DNA from: an uncultured Gammaproteobacteria bacterium
GTDB lineage: Bacteria > Patescibacteriota > Patescibacteriia > SBBC01 > CAIJZX01
Reading direction: 5' to 3'
Length of the DNA stretch: 64,000 bases
NCBI GenBank assembly: GCA_964397195.1
Contig: CAYNGY010000001.1
Coordinates: 134,586-198,585, forward strand
Made by a program: the position numbers and the translations under genes. Below are positions 39,701-48,224 of the stretch, piece by piece. Position 1 is the first letter of the stretch; each line of letters opens with the position of its first letter. A model generated the notes under the pieces. That model did not search any database and had not been told where the DNA came from. It saw only the letters and a program-made list of their open reading frames with translations.

Positions 39701-42149
39701 GGAAAAGCCGACCTTCTATTTCTACAATACATCAGACTTCCAATCTTCGAGTCCGTCGAATCCGTGGTTGACCGGCCAGCACTGGCAGCACAGCATCAGC
39801 ATGTACCGCGAAGTCGACGAGGTGAATCGCTATATTTACTGGCGCCTGTCCGTGACCAGTTGTTCACCGGGCGCGAATGGAAATTGTGTTGATGCCTACT
39901 TACGATTTAATTTGGACAGCAAAATCCTTGAACAGTATGGTGTCAACGAGAACGACCAAACCGGAGATGAAACAGAAGCCGCAGCGTACCGAGTGTATCT
40001 CAAAGTAAAAGAACAGTGCACAAAGATCGTCGAAGTCGTTGATCCGAGCGGTCAGAATACGGCTTTCGCCGAGCGGGTCAATTCCAAGTCATATACAGTG
40101 CCTGAACTGGGGTATAAGCGAAACACAGACGGCATTCCGTTTGGTGGGATCTCCACACCGGTGACGTCGGAAAATCCGATTGACTGGCCGGCGCTTGATG
40201 TGGCTTCATCTACAGCTGGTAATCAGGCGCGGAGCGGCCCAGCCTATGCGTGTAATGGGGATTGTAGCCAGAACATCTGCCGGGTCACCAATTCCGGCGG
40301 CCAGGTCAAAGATGGAGCAACCTGTCCAAAACTCCTCTCGCAGGCGCGATCGAATTCATGTGGCGGTATTGACTCCGACCTCGATGGCGTCAACGACGAC
40401 ATGTGTACTGGCGGGACAAAGCCGGCCAGTAAGAAGAGCGTACAACTTTTCGATAATAGCCGTTGCGATGTGGCACATGGATACTGTTACGGCACGAATG
40501 AATGTTTAACCTCACCAGTGACCCAAATTTGTGACCAAACATTGGCGGTGACCGCGACCGGGAAGACCAAGCAAGAGGCGATGACGAATTCGACCGCCTG
40601 TCAAGAAACCCGCTTGGCCTGCCGCGATGTGAACGGATCGCTCGTCTTCTCCCCAACGACCTGCCTCGCTGAGAACCAAGACTGCGGAACCGCCACCCGA
40701 CCGGCCAAGTGTAAAGCCGAGCCGAGCGGCACCATGCGCGTGGCCTGTAACGGTTCCTGCGGTGCGAACCAGAGCGTCGTGCGGTATACCACCTTCCAGC
40801 CGGATGAGTCGACGATGACCTGCTACAAGACTGACAAGCAGGATCGCTGTACGAACGCGCCGCAGACCTCATACTACTGTCCGGTCAATGCAACCTATTA
40901 TGTCTCATCAACGCAGTGTCGCAATAGTCCGTGTGGGATGTTTGGTTGTCAGGCGGTACAACGGAAGTTCTGCCAACGGAACGTAAATTTGACCTGTTCG
41001 ACTGACCAGGATTGCTGGACGACGACCACCATCGACCCAAATCTCTGCTCTAACCGTAACGCCGGGTGTACGTGCGAAGTTGCCGGAACGTGTACCGTTG
41101 CGCCGGCACAGCAGTCCTACAATTCCTACGGAACGGCGCCGAAGACCTGTGCCAATGACGCCGAATGTTCATATGACCCGGCCGATTCCCAAGACGCCAA
41201 TCGATTCTACGCGCAAGAAAAAATTAAGCGGTTATTCGCCCGTTCCTACGGTATCTGGGATTGGAATCCGGCCGCTGGAAAATATGAATTGGTCACGGGG
41301 TCGGATCTAGACGCCGAGACGGATGCTGGATTTGTCGGCTGGCGGCCGCCAACAAAAATCTGTCCGACCGAGCCGGTGCGCACCGTCCAATCCTGTACAA
41401 CGAAAACACAGGCCTGCACCGCCTCGCTTGAAATGACCGGCGCCACGAAGAGTACGGTTGAACTGGCGAAGAAAGACGCCGCCGATCGCTGCCGCAATAC
41501 GGTGGCCTGTGACGGTCGTGACTCGCTGTGCAGCGGCGGCACGAGCGTCAAGTACGAAGATTTCCAGGGGACCTGTAATCAAACGGCGGCTGGTTGGACC
41601 TGTAAGGGGCGATGTAGTACTACCTTGGACTACACACTCGCCGCGAATAGTCAGGCGACTCCGCCCAAAACGGAGCCGGTCCGCCCAACAACCACTCCGG
41701 CGGATTACTGCGCGATTCCGCCGACCGTGAAGAATGCCACCTTCACCACCGGGACGAGCATGACCGCCATTATTGACGGCGGGAACGGGAGTATCGGCCT
41801 CAAGTTTAATACGGCCGCCGATCCACAGCAGGTCCCGTTACAGACGATCTCCGTTGATTGGGGGGATGGGTCGCCGGAAACATTCAGCTACCCGTATGCC
41901 CCGCGCACCGACCCGAAAAAGCCGCACATCTTCAGCCACGTCTACACCTACAATAAGTCGGATTCACAGCACTGTAATCCGGCCACCGGTGTCTGTACCT
42001 ACCCAATTAAAATTCAGGTGCAAGATAATTGGGGGTGGTGCTCCGCGGCTCGCTCGAGCGGAAATCCGGCAACGGCGGATACCAAAGGTTGTGATCTTCC
42101 GCCGTCACAATGGTATGATTCCGGCCTGAAGGTGTTGCTCATCCCATAA
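36750..42149 (+). CDS. Giant secreted Cys-rich protein (~1800 aa) with FN3-like, CBM-like and C-terminal PKD-like domains
   Basis: Signal peptide from MTNALRH; L.GL.AGTTYHFR twice; Cys-rich repeats; VDWGDG..F.HVY. Confidence 0.85.
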   Translation: MTNALRHLRSVTFLLTAVVLSLTISSGAQPTIAQTTSVKITSISVTGWTAHTASISFSANTTEDFEAQLDYGPTKNYGLTYPEGNYSRVTSGHRFDLAGLDAGTTYHFRLRVRPLNGVNPTDTSADRTFTTRSSDQPTTPVVTLMNVECTNDACTVQFSTATEANVKIGWGTELRNPVLASALCDEAGGGYPNCAGETPDQYRATVRTLRMTGLTASTEYHFRLAATNQAGFASMSGAAGSDSTVTTAASSRDRTFSTGNCTGIDNRSYPIGSCMPGGEYCSPTGVDRHCTNRCGASCAAGETCNIAGGECVQDPALTNSPYQCNKPACYNNGNFISPASAGCYATWPKCSANTILKVQKDRGCNVWLTCSTSIQTVASKTAPAETLCLSLAACNQLGKNGSCTHYLPQGQCDNDPLRFCGNDTDCLAGGSCVIAATSASQNPSLQDLTFRSPQEVSTIANLSGNVIAGLDWTQQGGNRIIQGQLPWQLMRQIGGNVSLRNTDFETNPPNPSPWIGVPVSQTPMSALQVEFEDKDVSINHVLKVSPVTQAGSAGRSCADPINQQNPNIGKACTGEADETTCLTSASTCNGHFFCAAQTSRSCVVDGDCQDADHPTDTCNTGGYTLTGISCTEHAETATPDSDCTTQFGVGHCSDNAAVTCRVAGDCADPAATCDGLSSNTSFPNATCDQRSTGICSNESFAVARVRFSGAASGEFQTQPTEYYYAEARIRAESGDPLVRFELGHDGFTKFDATDPDTRINKKTYIDVVATSAWQTVSIGPIRGLSGGTRVAAVCADASQCSTFYIDDIQVKPVLQTTTNPDYVTPSCRLYPKEDSPSCDYTDTSGVTYKGWKGYCLENDSVSGSCLSWWPVDIIRGESSVFGSDKVAGYQDRTPLYYCAEAAGWNGRNDFSSQAYTVAVAHNASNANGNCERGASGSWTVSSCSTNGGAWSTYTITPNDKDYGLTEDQITTATWDPKGGSPMDWEKPTFYFYNTSDFQSSSPSNPWLTGQHWQHSISMYREVDEVNRYIYWRLSVTSCSPGANGNCVDAYLRFNLDSKILEQYGVNENDQTGDETEAAAYRVYLKVKEQCTKIVEVVDPSGQNTAFAERVNSKSYTVPELGYKRNTDGIPFGGISTPVTSENPIDWPALDVASSTAGNQARSGPAYACNGDCSQNICRVTNSGGQVKDGATCPKLLSQARSNSCGGIDSDLDGVNDDMCTGGTKPASKKSVQLFDNSRCDVAHGYCYGTNECLTSPVTQICDQTLAVTATGKTKQEAMTNSTACQETRLACRDVNGSLVFSPTTCLAENQDCGTATRPAKCKAEPSGTMRVACNGSCGANQSVVRYTTFQPDESTMTCYKTDKQDRCTNAPQTSYYCPVNATYYVSSTQCRNSPCGMFGCQAVQRKFCQRNVNLTCSTDQDCWTTTTIDPNLCSNRNAGCTCEVAGTCTVAPAQQSYNSYGTAPKTCANDAECSYDPADSQDANRFYAQEKIKRLFARSYGIWDWNPAAGKYELVTGSDLDAETDAGFVGWRPPTKICPTEPVRTVQSCTTKTQACTASLEMTGATKSTVELAKKDAADRCRNTVACDGRDSLCSGGTSVKYEDFQGTCNQTAAGWTCKGRCSTTLDYTLAANSQATPPKTEPVRPTTTPADYCAIPPTVKNATFTTGTSMTAIIDGGNGSIGLKFNTAADPQQVPLQTISVDWGDGSPETFSYPYAPRTDPKKPHIFSHVYTYNKSDSQHCNPATGVCTYPIKIQVQDNWGWCSAARSSGNPATADTKGCDLPPSQWYDSGLKVLLIP

Positions 42150-42151
42150 TC

Positions 42152-45100
42152 ATGCGTCGTCTTCCCTCATTTATTTCACGAAAACGAGCGGTTGCTCTGG
42201 TAGCACTGCTCGGTTTCGTGGCGCCGCTTACCGCTTTTGCCCAGTCCTCCACCGATGACACCCGGGTCAAGATATACCAGTTCTTTGGGAATATTCTCCT
42301 TGGTATTTTGCAGACAGTTGCTCAGTTGGTGGCGATGGTCACCCATTTCTTAATCATCATCGCCCAGTACAGCGATTTCACGCGAAATGAGGTAGTGACC
42401 AAGGGCTGGGACATTGTCATCAGCGTGGCCAACATGTTCTTTGTGATCGCACTGCTCGTGATTGCCTTAGGCACGGTCCTGCGAGTCCAAAACTATCGCT
42501 ATAATCGATTACTCGGCAATGTCATCGTCATGGCCTTCCTGACGAACTTCTCGAAGACGATTGCCGCCTTCTTCATCCAATCGTCCCAGGTGGTCATGCT
42601 GACCTTTGTCAACGCCTTCAAGGACGCCGCGTTTGGGAACTTTGCCACCATGTTTGGGCTGGACAAGGTACTAACGTTTTCAACCATTGAGCCGAGCGGG
42701 GCGATTGATGTGCTCGCGGCGGTCCTGATCGGACTTTTTTTCCTAACCGTTGCTCTCATCACCATCCTGGCCTTAGCCGTCGTGTTGGCGGTGCGGATTG
42801 TCATGCTCTGGATCCTCGTGATCCTTTCGCCGTTTGCCTACGCCATGCGGGTGATTCCAAATACGGAAAAATGGGCCACGCAGTGGTGGGGCGAATTTGG
42901 AAAATGGGTCACGAACGGTCCGGTTATCGCCTTCTTTTTATGGTTGGCACTGGCCATTTTGTCGCAATCAAATCAAGCTGGCGGAAGCCCGGCCAGTTTC
43001 ATTACCTCGCAGGCCTCAGTGAAGAAAGCGATTGAAGCTATTCCGCCGTCAGAAACAGCGCTCTTTTTCGGAAAAACGGAACTGCTCGATTTGAATAATT
43101 TTGTTGGCTTCATCGTGTCCATAATTTTCCTCTGGATGGGACTCCAGATGGCTATTTCAACCGGCGGTGTGGCTGGAAAATGGGCCGGAAAAATCGCCGG
43201 CGCGGGCTTAGCCGCCTACGGCACCGTTTCACTCCTCAATGCGGTGCGTGATCGTACCGTTGCCCCAATTCAGGGCTACCTCAGCCAACGTGAACAGCGT
43301 CGCAAGCAGGCGATAACCGAGCGGACCGCCGGACTGACGGCGCGCGTCGACCAAGCCTCGTCACTAACCGTGGGAAATGTGGGCCGAGTCGGGGCCGCCG
43401 CCGGGGCGGGTATCCGTTCAATCGGCAGTGCAGTTAAAGCCGGGGACGCCGGAGTCATTACTGATGCCATGATGTCCGGGTTACGGACCGGAACTCGCGG
43501 TGAACAGCAGCGCCAACAGCGCATGGAAGAATTCCAGCAAGGGCGAGCCGCTCGGCGGGCTGGCGAGATGGACATTGCTAATCTTGATACCCAAGCCGTG
43601 CTCGGGAAGGCCGCTTCCGGATCAGACGAAGACAAGTATGCCGCCACGCAGGAGCTCATTCGGCGAAACGCCTTAAATGCGGATGACTCTTATCACCAGA
43701 GCCTTGTTCAGGGGGCGGCGCAGTATGCCGGCGACCGCAAGATGGGATCGGAGTTCCGTCAGAATCTTGAGAAGCTTAGTCCGGAGCTGGCTAAGCAGGT
43801 GCTCTATCATAACTTTGCCGGTCAAGCCGACCGCGACAAGTATCTGGAGCACGTCCAGCAACGTTCGGCTGCGCTTAAGCTAGAAAAGGGAGATGTAGAG
43901 TCGTTTGGTGGAACACTCGGAAACGAGATGGTTAAATATGCGCGGAATCGAGAGGATCTCGAGAAGATGTCCGGACTATTAGCCGACACGAGCGCGAAAG
44001 AGGAGGCATTCAAATCGCTCGACCTGTCGTCGGTTGCACCAAATGCGACCATTCGGGAGAGACGGAATATCGCCGAAGTGACCGGCCGGTATATGGCGGC
44101 GTTCCGCAATAATGATGGGACGCACATGGAGGATGAAATGAAGCAATGGGTTGAGGCGACGGGAAGTGATACGGTCGCAAAAACAGCTTCGCATACGGAT
44201 CTTTCGAGTAGCGAGGGTGTCCAAGCTCTGAAGAAGTCCGGATTAAAATTCTCCGGTTGGATTGCTATTCGAAAACGTGATAAAAAAACTGCTCAAGCCG
44301 TGAGCGCTGGTCTCAAGGGATGGCAAGATGAAATGGATAGTGCCACACCTGAAGGCGGTGATGTCCAAGCGAATGAGGATTGGCAGTTTGCGGCCGCTCA
44401 ACGATTTGCGGCAAATAATGGCGAGGTTATTGATTACAACTTTGGCACTGCGAAGGGACGGGAGCTGTTTGAGGGTGTCCTCGAAAATGCCAAAGCGGAG
44501 GACGTGAAGTCCATTGATAAATCTGACTTCTACAAGAAGGCAACCGCGGAAGAGAAAGCCTATATCCACCGGGCCATGGCGTTCAACATGCCAAACCCAC
44601 AATTAAGCGCCTTGTTGCTTGATGAAAATAAGACCCTCTCCAAGAGTGTCTTGGCCGAAGCACAGGACGTGTTGGATAATAAAGAAAAGAGCGCGGAAAA
44701 GATACCGAGTACGATTGCGAATAAACTGATTAGCATGAATTCGAACCCGGTGCTTGGGCGGTTTATGAATGCCGAAAAGGCCCGAGTGAACAAGATCAAA
44801 GATGACAAGGCGGCCATGAAGGCACAGGGCTTTGCTGGGCTCCCAACCGACCCGCCAGGGAAGCCAACCCCGGCCAAGCCACTCATGGATGTTGACCGCG
44901 ACACGTTCAATCGAACGAAAAAAGCGATTGCCGAATATACGGCCCTGACCGGTAACGCGGCCGGATTCTGGCTCGATAAAAACGGTGGATATAATGCCGC
45001 TTCGGGTGTCTATCTCGACCGCGCGACGTTCGAGGCTGCAAATCAAGTGGCCGGCTATCAAGCAGCACACGGTATTTCCCGCGTCAGTGGATTAAAGGGA

Positions 45101-47158
45101 TTAAGCGGTGCGACGGGGAAGAAAGCAAATCGTCTTGGCACTGACTTCCGGTCGATGCTCGGTGGGCGCTACGCGGACCGGGCCGCTATTCGCATGACCG
45201 ATCCAAAAGAGATTCAAGAGTTTGCGACCGAGTACGTTGGCGTCTTGGATGAGGAGTATCAGGCCATTGAATCGAAGATTGACAAGACGGCTGGTGATCA
45301 AGTGCGCATGGCCCAACTGAAATCAGCGCGTGAACGCATGGCGAAGGTCGTGTCCGATCCGAGCAGTATGCCGGAGCTGAAGATTTTGAATACCGCTCGC
45401 GTTGGCCAGCGCGCGAAGACCGCCCTCGCTCACGAAGCGACCCACGGCAAGCTCGATCGAATCGATCCAAACGGGGAGCTGCGCCGTCAGCATCTCGAAG
45501 CATTGTCGCCGAAAGATCGTCAGGCCTTAGTGGCTGAGTATCGTACCAAGCTCAAGAACCCACAACTCACCGACGAACAAGCATTTGACGAATACCTGAC
45601 GGAAGGGTTAACAAACGCCTTCCGACCATGGGCCGATCGCTCTGCCTCAGCCGTCACGCTCAGTCCGGAGACGATTGAGGCCTTCCAGGATCAGGCCCTC
45701 GCCGCCGGGGAGAAACCATTCATGACCTCCGGAGTCATGCTCGGTGGGTATGGCAAGAATGCGAAGCAAGTCCAGACCGCGTTAGCCGCCGCCGGATACG
45801 CCGGGGTGGCGAAGGGGAAGGGCTGGCTCAATACGCTCGTCGCGAGCACGAAGGCCACCGCCGGCTCGTTGAAAGAAAACGCGATTATCGCCGGGATGAT
45901 GGGCAAAGAAATGGTTGGTGAAGGCGCCCGAGCGGTTGTCGGCGGCGCCAAGTCGGTGATTGGCGGCGCACAATCCATCGGTCAGGATGTGGCCATGGGT
46001 GCTAAAATGAGCGCCGACGATATCGCGAAACTCCCGATGCTTCAGCGGATTGGTCTGAGTCTCGGCGAGCGCTCTCAGCGTATTCGCACCGACCGCCAAG
46101 CGAGCAAAGAGCGAAAGACCGCTGCCCGTGCCGAAAAAGAGAAGGTCTCCGCGATGTGGGATGAGGCCAAGGCGATGGATGCACAGTTTGACGAACAAAA
46201 ACGTATCGCCAAGCTGGATGAGCGAGCCGCCAAGGCGCAAGAGCAGTATGAAAAGGCCCGGGCCCGCAGCGCGCGGTGGCAGGATGATCGGGTCGGTACG
46301 GATTCATTAGCCAAAGAAGAAGATGATCGGCTAGCGAGCCGGGTGACCCATCTGTCGACCAAGCGCGATGCGCGCGTGAAGCAAGGTAAGGTGGCTGAAG
46401 CGAACGCGTTCGCCACCAAGATTGCCGAACTAGAAACGCGTCGCGAAGGATTACGTCAGGACCAAGCCATCGAACGTCGGAACTATCAAGTCATCGCCGC
46501 AAAAGAAGAGGAACAGGCGCGAATCGCTGCGGAAAAAGCCGTGACCAAGGCCGCTGACGCGCGTCGTGCTAACGCGGCCAAGCAGTCGAAACCCTCGTCA
46601 CCAGTCGCTGTCACAACACCAACGCCAGCTTCGGCCACTCCAGCCGCCACCGTAGCTTCACCACAGCCAACCGCTATTCCGGAACCTCCAACCGCGAAGT
46701 CAGCCGGCCCGACCGCGGCGCCGAAAAACCGGACGCGCCGTGAAGAGCGCAAAGATCAGGTTACGCAAGAGCGGGCGGATCGTGAAGCGCGACGCGATGA
46801 ACAGCGACGAACCGGATCGGCTCCGCGAAAGCAGGTCGTCCGCACCGAAAACGTCGCTACCGCCCGCGTCCCGGAAGTTGACCGAATGATTAGCGAGCTG
46901 GAATCATCGGTCGCGTCCTCCATTGACTCACTGGGACTCCGGTTAGAAGGCGTCATGAGTCAGTTGGCGAGCAAGGCCCCGGAGATGCAATCACAGATTG
47001 AAGAAGTTCAGCGCAATCTTCGGACTGAAATGCAGTCGGCCCGAACCGATCCGAAATCATCAGCGGCGAACGTTGAGCGTATCCAGCGTGAAATGCTCGA
47101 ACAGCTGAAAAAACTGAACAAGAAAGAAGAAACGCGCTCGTCAACGTTTGAAATATAA
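42152..47158 (+). CDS. VirB6/TrbL-like polytopic membrane protein with a ~1300-aa tail containing an HExxH metallopeptidase-like domain
   Basis: GW.IV..VANMFF..L..IA.GT.L, NFS and R.V.LW.L.I.SP.A....V.P....A..WW..F (CPR VirB6-like); LAHEATH...DEYLTE. Confidence 0.8.
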   Translation: MRRLPSFISRKRAVALVALLGFVAPLTAFAQSSTDDTRVKIYQFFGNILLGILQTVAQLVAMVTHFLIIIAQYSDFTRNEVVTKGWDIVISVANMFFVIALLVIALGTVLRVQNYRYNRLLGNVIVMAFLTNFSKTIAAFFIQSSQVVMLTFVNAFKDAAFGNFATMFGLDKVLTFSTIEPSGAIDVLAAVLIGLFFLTVALITILALAVVLAVRIVMLWILVILSPFAYAMRVIPNTEKWATQWWGEFGKWVTNGPVIAFFLWLALAILSQSNQAGGSPASFITSQASVKKAIEAIPPSETALFFGKTELLDLNNFVGFIVSIIFLWMGLQMAISTGGVAGKWAGKIAGAGLAAYGTVSLLNAVRDRTVAPIQGYLSQREQRRKQAITERTAGLTARVDQASSLTVGNVGRVGAAAGAGIRSIGSAVKAGDAGVITDAMMSGLRTGTRGEQQRQQRMEEFQQGRAARRAGEMDIANLDTQAVLGKAASGSDEDKYAATQELIRRNALNADDSYHQSLVQGAAQYAGDRKMGSEFRQNLEKLSPELAKQVLYHNFAGQADRDKYLEHVQQRSAALKLEKGDVESFGGTLGNEMVKYARNREDLEKMSGLLADTSAKEEAFKSLDLSSVAPNATIRERRNIAEVTGRYMAAFRNNDGTHMEDEMKQWVEATGSDTVAKTASHTDLSSSEGVQALKKSGLKFSGWIAIRKRDKKTAQAVSAGLKGWQDEMDSATPEGGDVQANEDWQFAAAQRFAANNGEVIDYNFGTAKGRELFEGVLENAKAEDVKSIDKSDFYKKATAEEKAYIHRAMAFNMPNPQLSALLLDENKTLSKSVLAEAQDVLDNKEKSAEKIPSTIANKLISMNSNPVLGRFMNAEKARVNKIKDDKAAMKAQGFAGLPTDPPGKPTPAKPLMDVDRDTFNRTKKAIAEYTALTGNAAGFWLDKNGGYNAASGVYLDRATFEAANQVAGYQAAHGISRVSGLKGLSGATGKKANRLGTDFRSMLGGRYADRAAIRMTDPKEIQEFATEYVGVLDEEYQAIESKIDKTAGDQVRMAQLKSARERMAKVVSDPSSMPELKILNTARVGQRAKTALAHEATHGKLDRIDPNGELRRQHLEALSPKDRQALVAEYRTKLKNPQLTDEQAFDEYLTEGLTNAFRPWADRSASAVTLSPETIEAFQDQALAAGEKPFMTSGVMLGGYGKNAKQVQTALAAAGYAGVAKGKGWLNTLVASTKATAGSLKENAIIAGMMGKEMVGEGARAVVGGAKSVIGGAQSIGQDVAMGAKMSADDIAKLPMLQRIGLSLGERSQRIRTDRQASKERKTAARAEKEKVSAMWDEAKAMDAQFDEQKRIAKLDERAAKAQEQYEKARARSARWQDDRVGTDSLAKEEDDRLASRVTHLSTKRDARVKQGKVAEANAFATKIAELETRREGLRQDQAIERRNYQVIAAKEEEQARIAAEKAVTKAADARRANAAKQSKPSSPVAVTTPTPASATPAATVASPQPTAIPEPPTAKSAGPTAAPKNRTRREERKDQVTQERADREARRDEQRRTGSAPRKQVVRTENVATARVPEVDRMISELESSVASSIDSLGLRLEGVMSQLASKAPEMQSQIEEVQRNLRTEMQSARTDPKSSAANVERIQREMLEQLKKLNKKEETRSSTFEI

Positions 47159-47163
47159 CCATC

Positions 47164-47859
47164 ATGATTCCTCTCGACGCGTATCTCGATAAAGTCCGGG
47201 CCCTCCCACCGTTGATGAAAACCATCATTAATAATGATGCGCTGGGTGATGCGCTGGGTGAACTCGAGGATAAATACCTCTTGTCCGGGGAGCAGGCAAA
47301 AGCGTTACTACTCATTGAGTCCTCAATTATCGGTCAAGAATATGCGCCTGACCAGGTGTATGTGCACATCAAAGAGCTTTTAAAACTCAGCGACCCGATT
47401 GCCCAGCAATTAACCGTCGACTTTCTCGGGAAGATTGTCATGCCCATGCAGTGGTTTGTCGGAAATGTCGAGCAAATCATCCGCGGATTTGGCGGTGACC
47501 CGTCGTCGTTCGCGCACGACATGCAACGCCGATTCCCAGAATTGTCAGCCAGCCCAAGCGGAACGGATGGCAGCGTTCAACAAACGACCGCCGAAAAAAT
47601 CCTCGACCACTTCGCTGAGCATCTCGAAACATTTCCGGGGCGCGCAGAAATTTTATTGCGACTCACTGGCCTCAGCGCGACCGTTGAAGCTCTCGTCGGA
47701 CGACAACACATGAGTCACGAAGAGGGGGAACGAGCGCTCGCCGAGCTCGAGTCGATCAGTGCGGCCATTAATACCCGTGATTTGAACGCGTTTGAGGTCC
47801 AATCTGTTCAGCGCCGCGTAAAACGAATCGTTGATGCGGTGAGTGAGGCCGGCGAATGA
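47164..47859 (+). CDS. Hypothetical helical protein
   Basis: Tightly packed in the operon; N-terminal domain resembles that of the 48225 protein. Confidence 0.8.
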   Translation: MIPLDAYLDKVRALPPLMKTIINNDALGDALGELEDKYLLSGEQAKALLLIESSIIGQEYAPDQVYVHIKELLKLSDPIAQQLTVDFLGKIVMPMQWFVGNVEQIIRGFGGDPSSFAHDMQRRFPELSASPSGTDGSVQQTTAEKILDHFAEHLETFPGRAEILLRLTGLSATVEALVGRQHMSHEEGERALAELESISAAINTRDLNAFEVQSVQRRVKRIVDAVSEAGE

Positions 47860-48152
47860 CCATTACCGTCCCGGCCGCTCGCGTTCACCCGCGTGTCGCC
47901 ATGCAACAGGTCGGCTATGTACCGTTTGGTGAAGGTCGGGGCAATGAGCTCTCGTTTATTCGCCGACTGGGATCACAGTTCTATCCGCGATTTCATATTT
48001 ACCTGACGCCATCCGCCGCGCAGTGGCGTCTGACGCTTCATCTTGACCAAAAGCAGGCTTCCTACCAAGGGAGTCACGCCCATAGCGGCGAGTATGATGG
48101 GGAGTTAGTTTTGGCCGAGGGTCAGCGTATCCGAGGCCTGTTCGGCGTCTAG
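47856..48152 (+). CDS. Conserved-looking hypothetical protein
   Basis: ATGA overlap; YPRFHIY...LHLDQKQASY.G.HAHSGEYDG. Confidence 0.8.
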   Translation: MTITVPAARVHPRVAMQQVGYVPFGEGRGNELSFIRRLGSQFYPRFHIYLTPSAAQWRLTLHLDQKQASYQGSHAHSGEYDGELVLAEGQRIRGLFGV

Positions 48153-48202
48153 TTATTCACAGGGGGTAATGATTTTGTTTTTGGGCGGATTTATGATATA
48201 AT
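48153..48202 (+). promoter_or_regulatory. DnaA box and extended -10 promoter for the T4SS core genes
   Basis: TTATTCACA (48153); TGaTATAAT (48194-48202). Confidence 0.65.
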
Positions 48203-48224
48203 CACGGCCTCAAAACAAAGAGGA

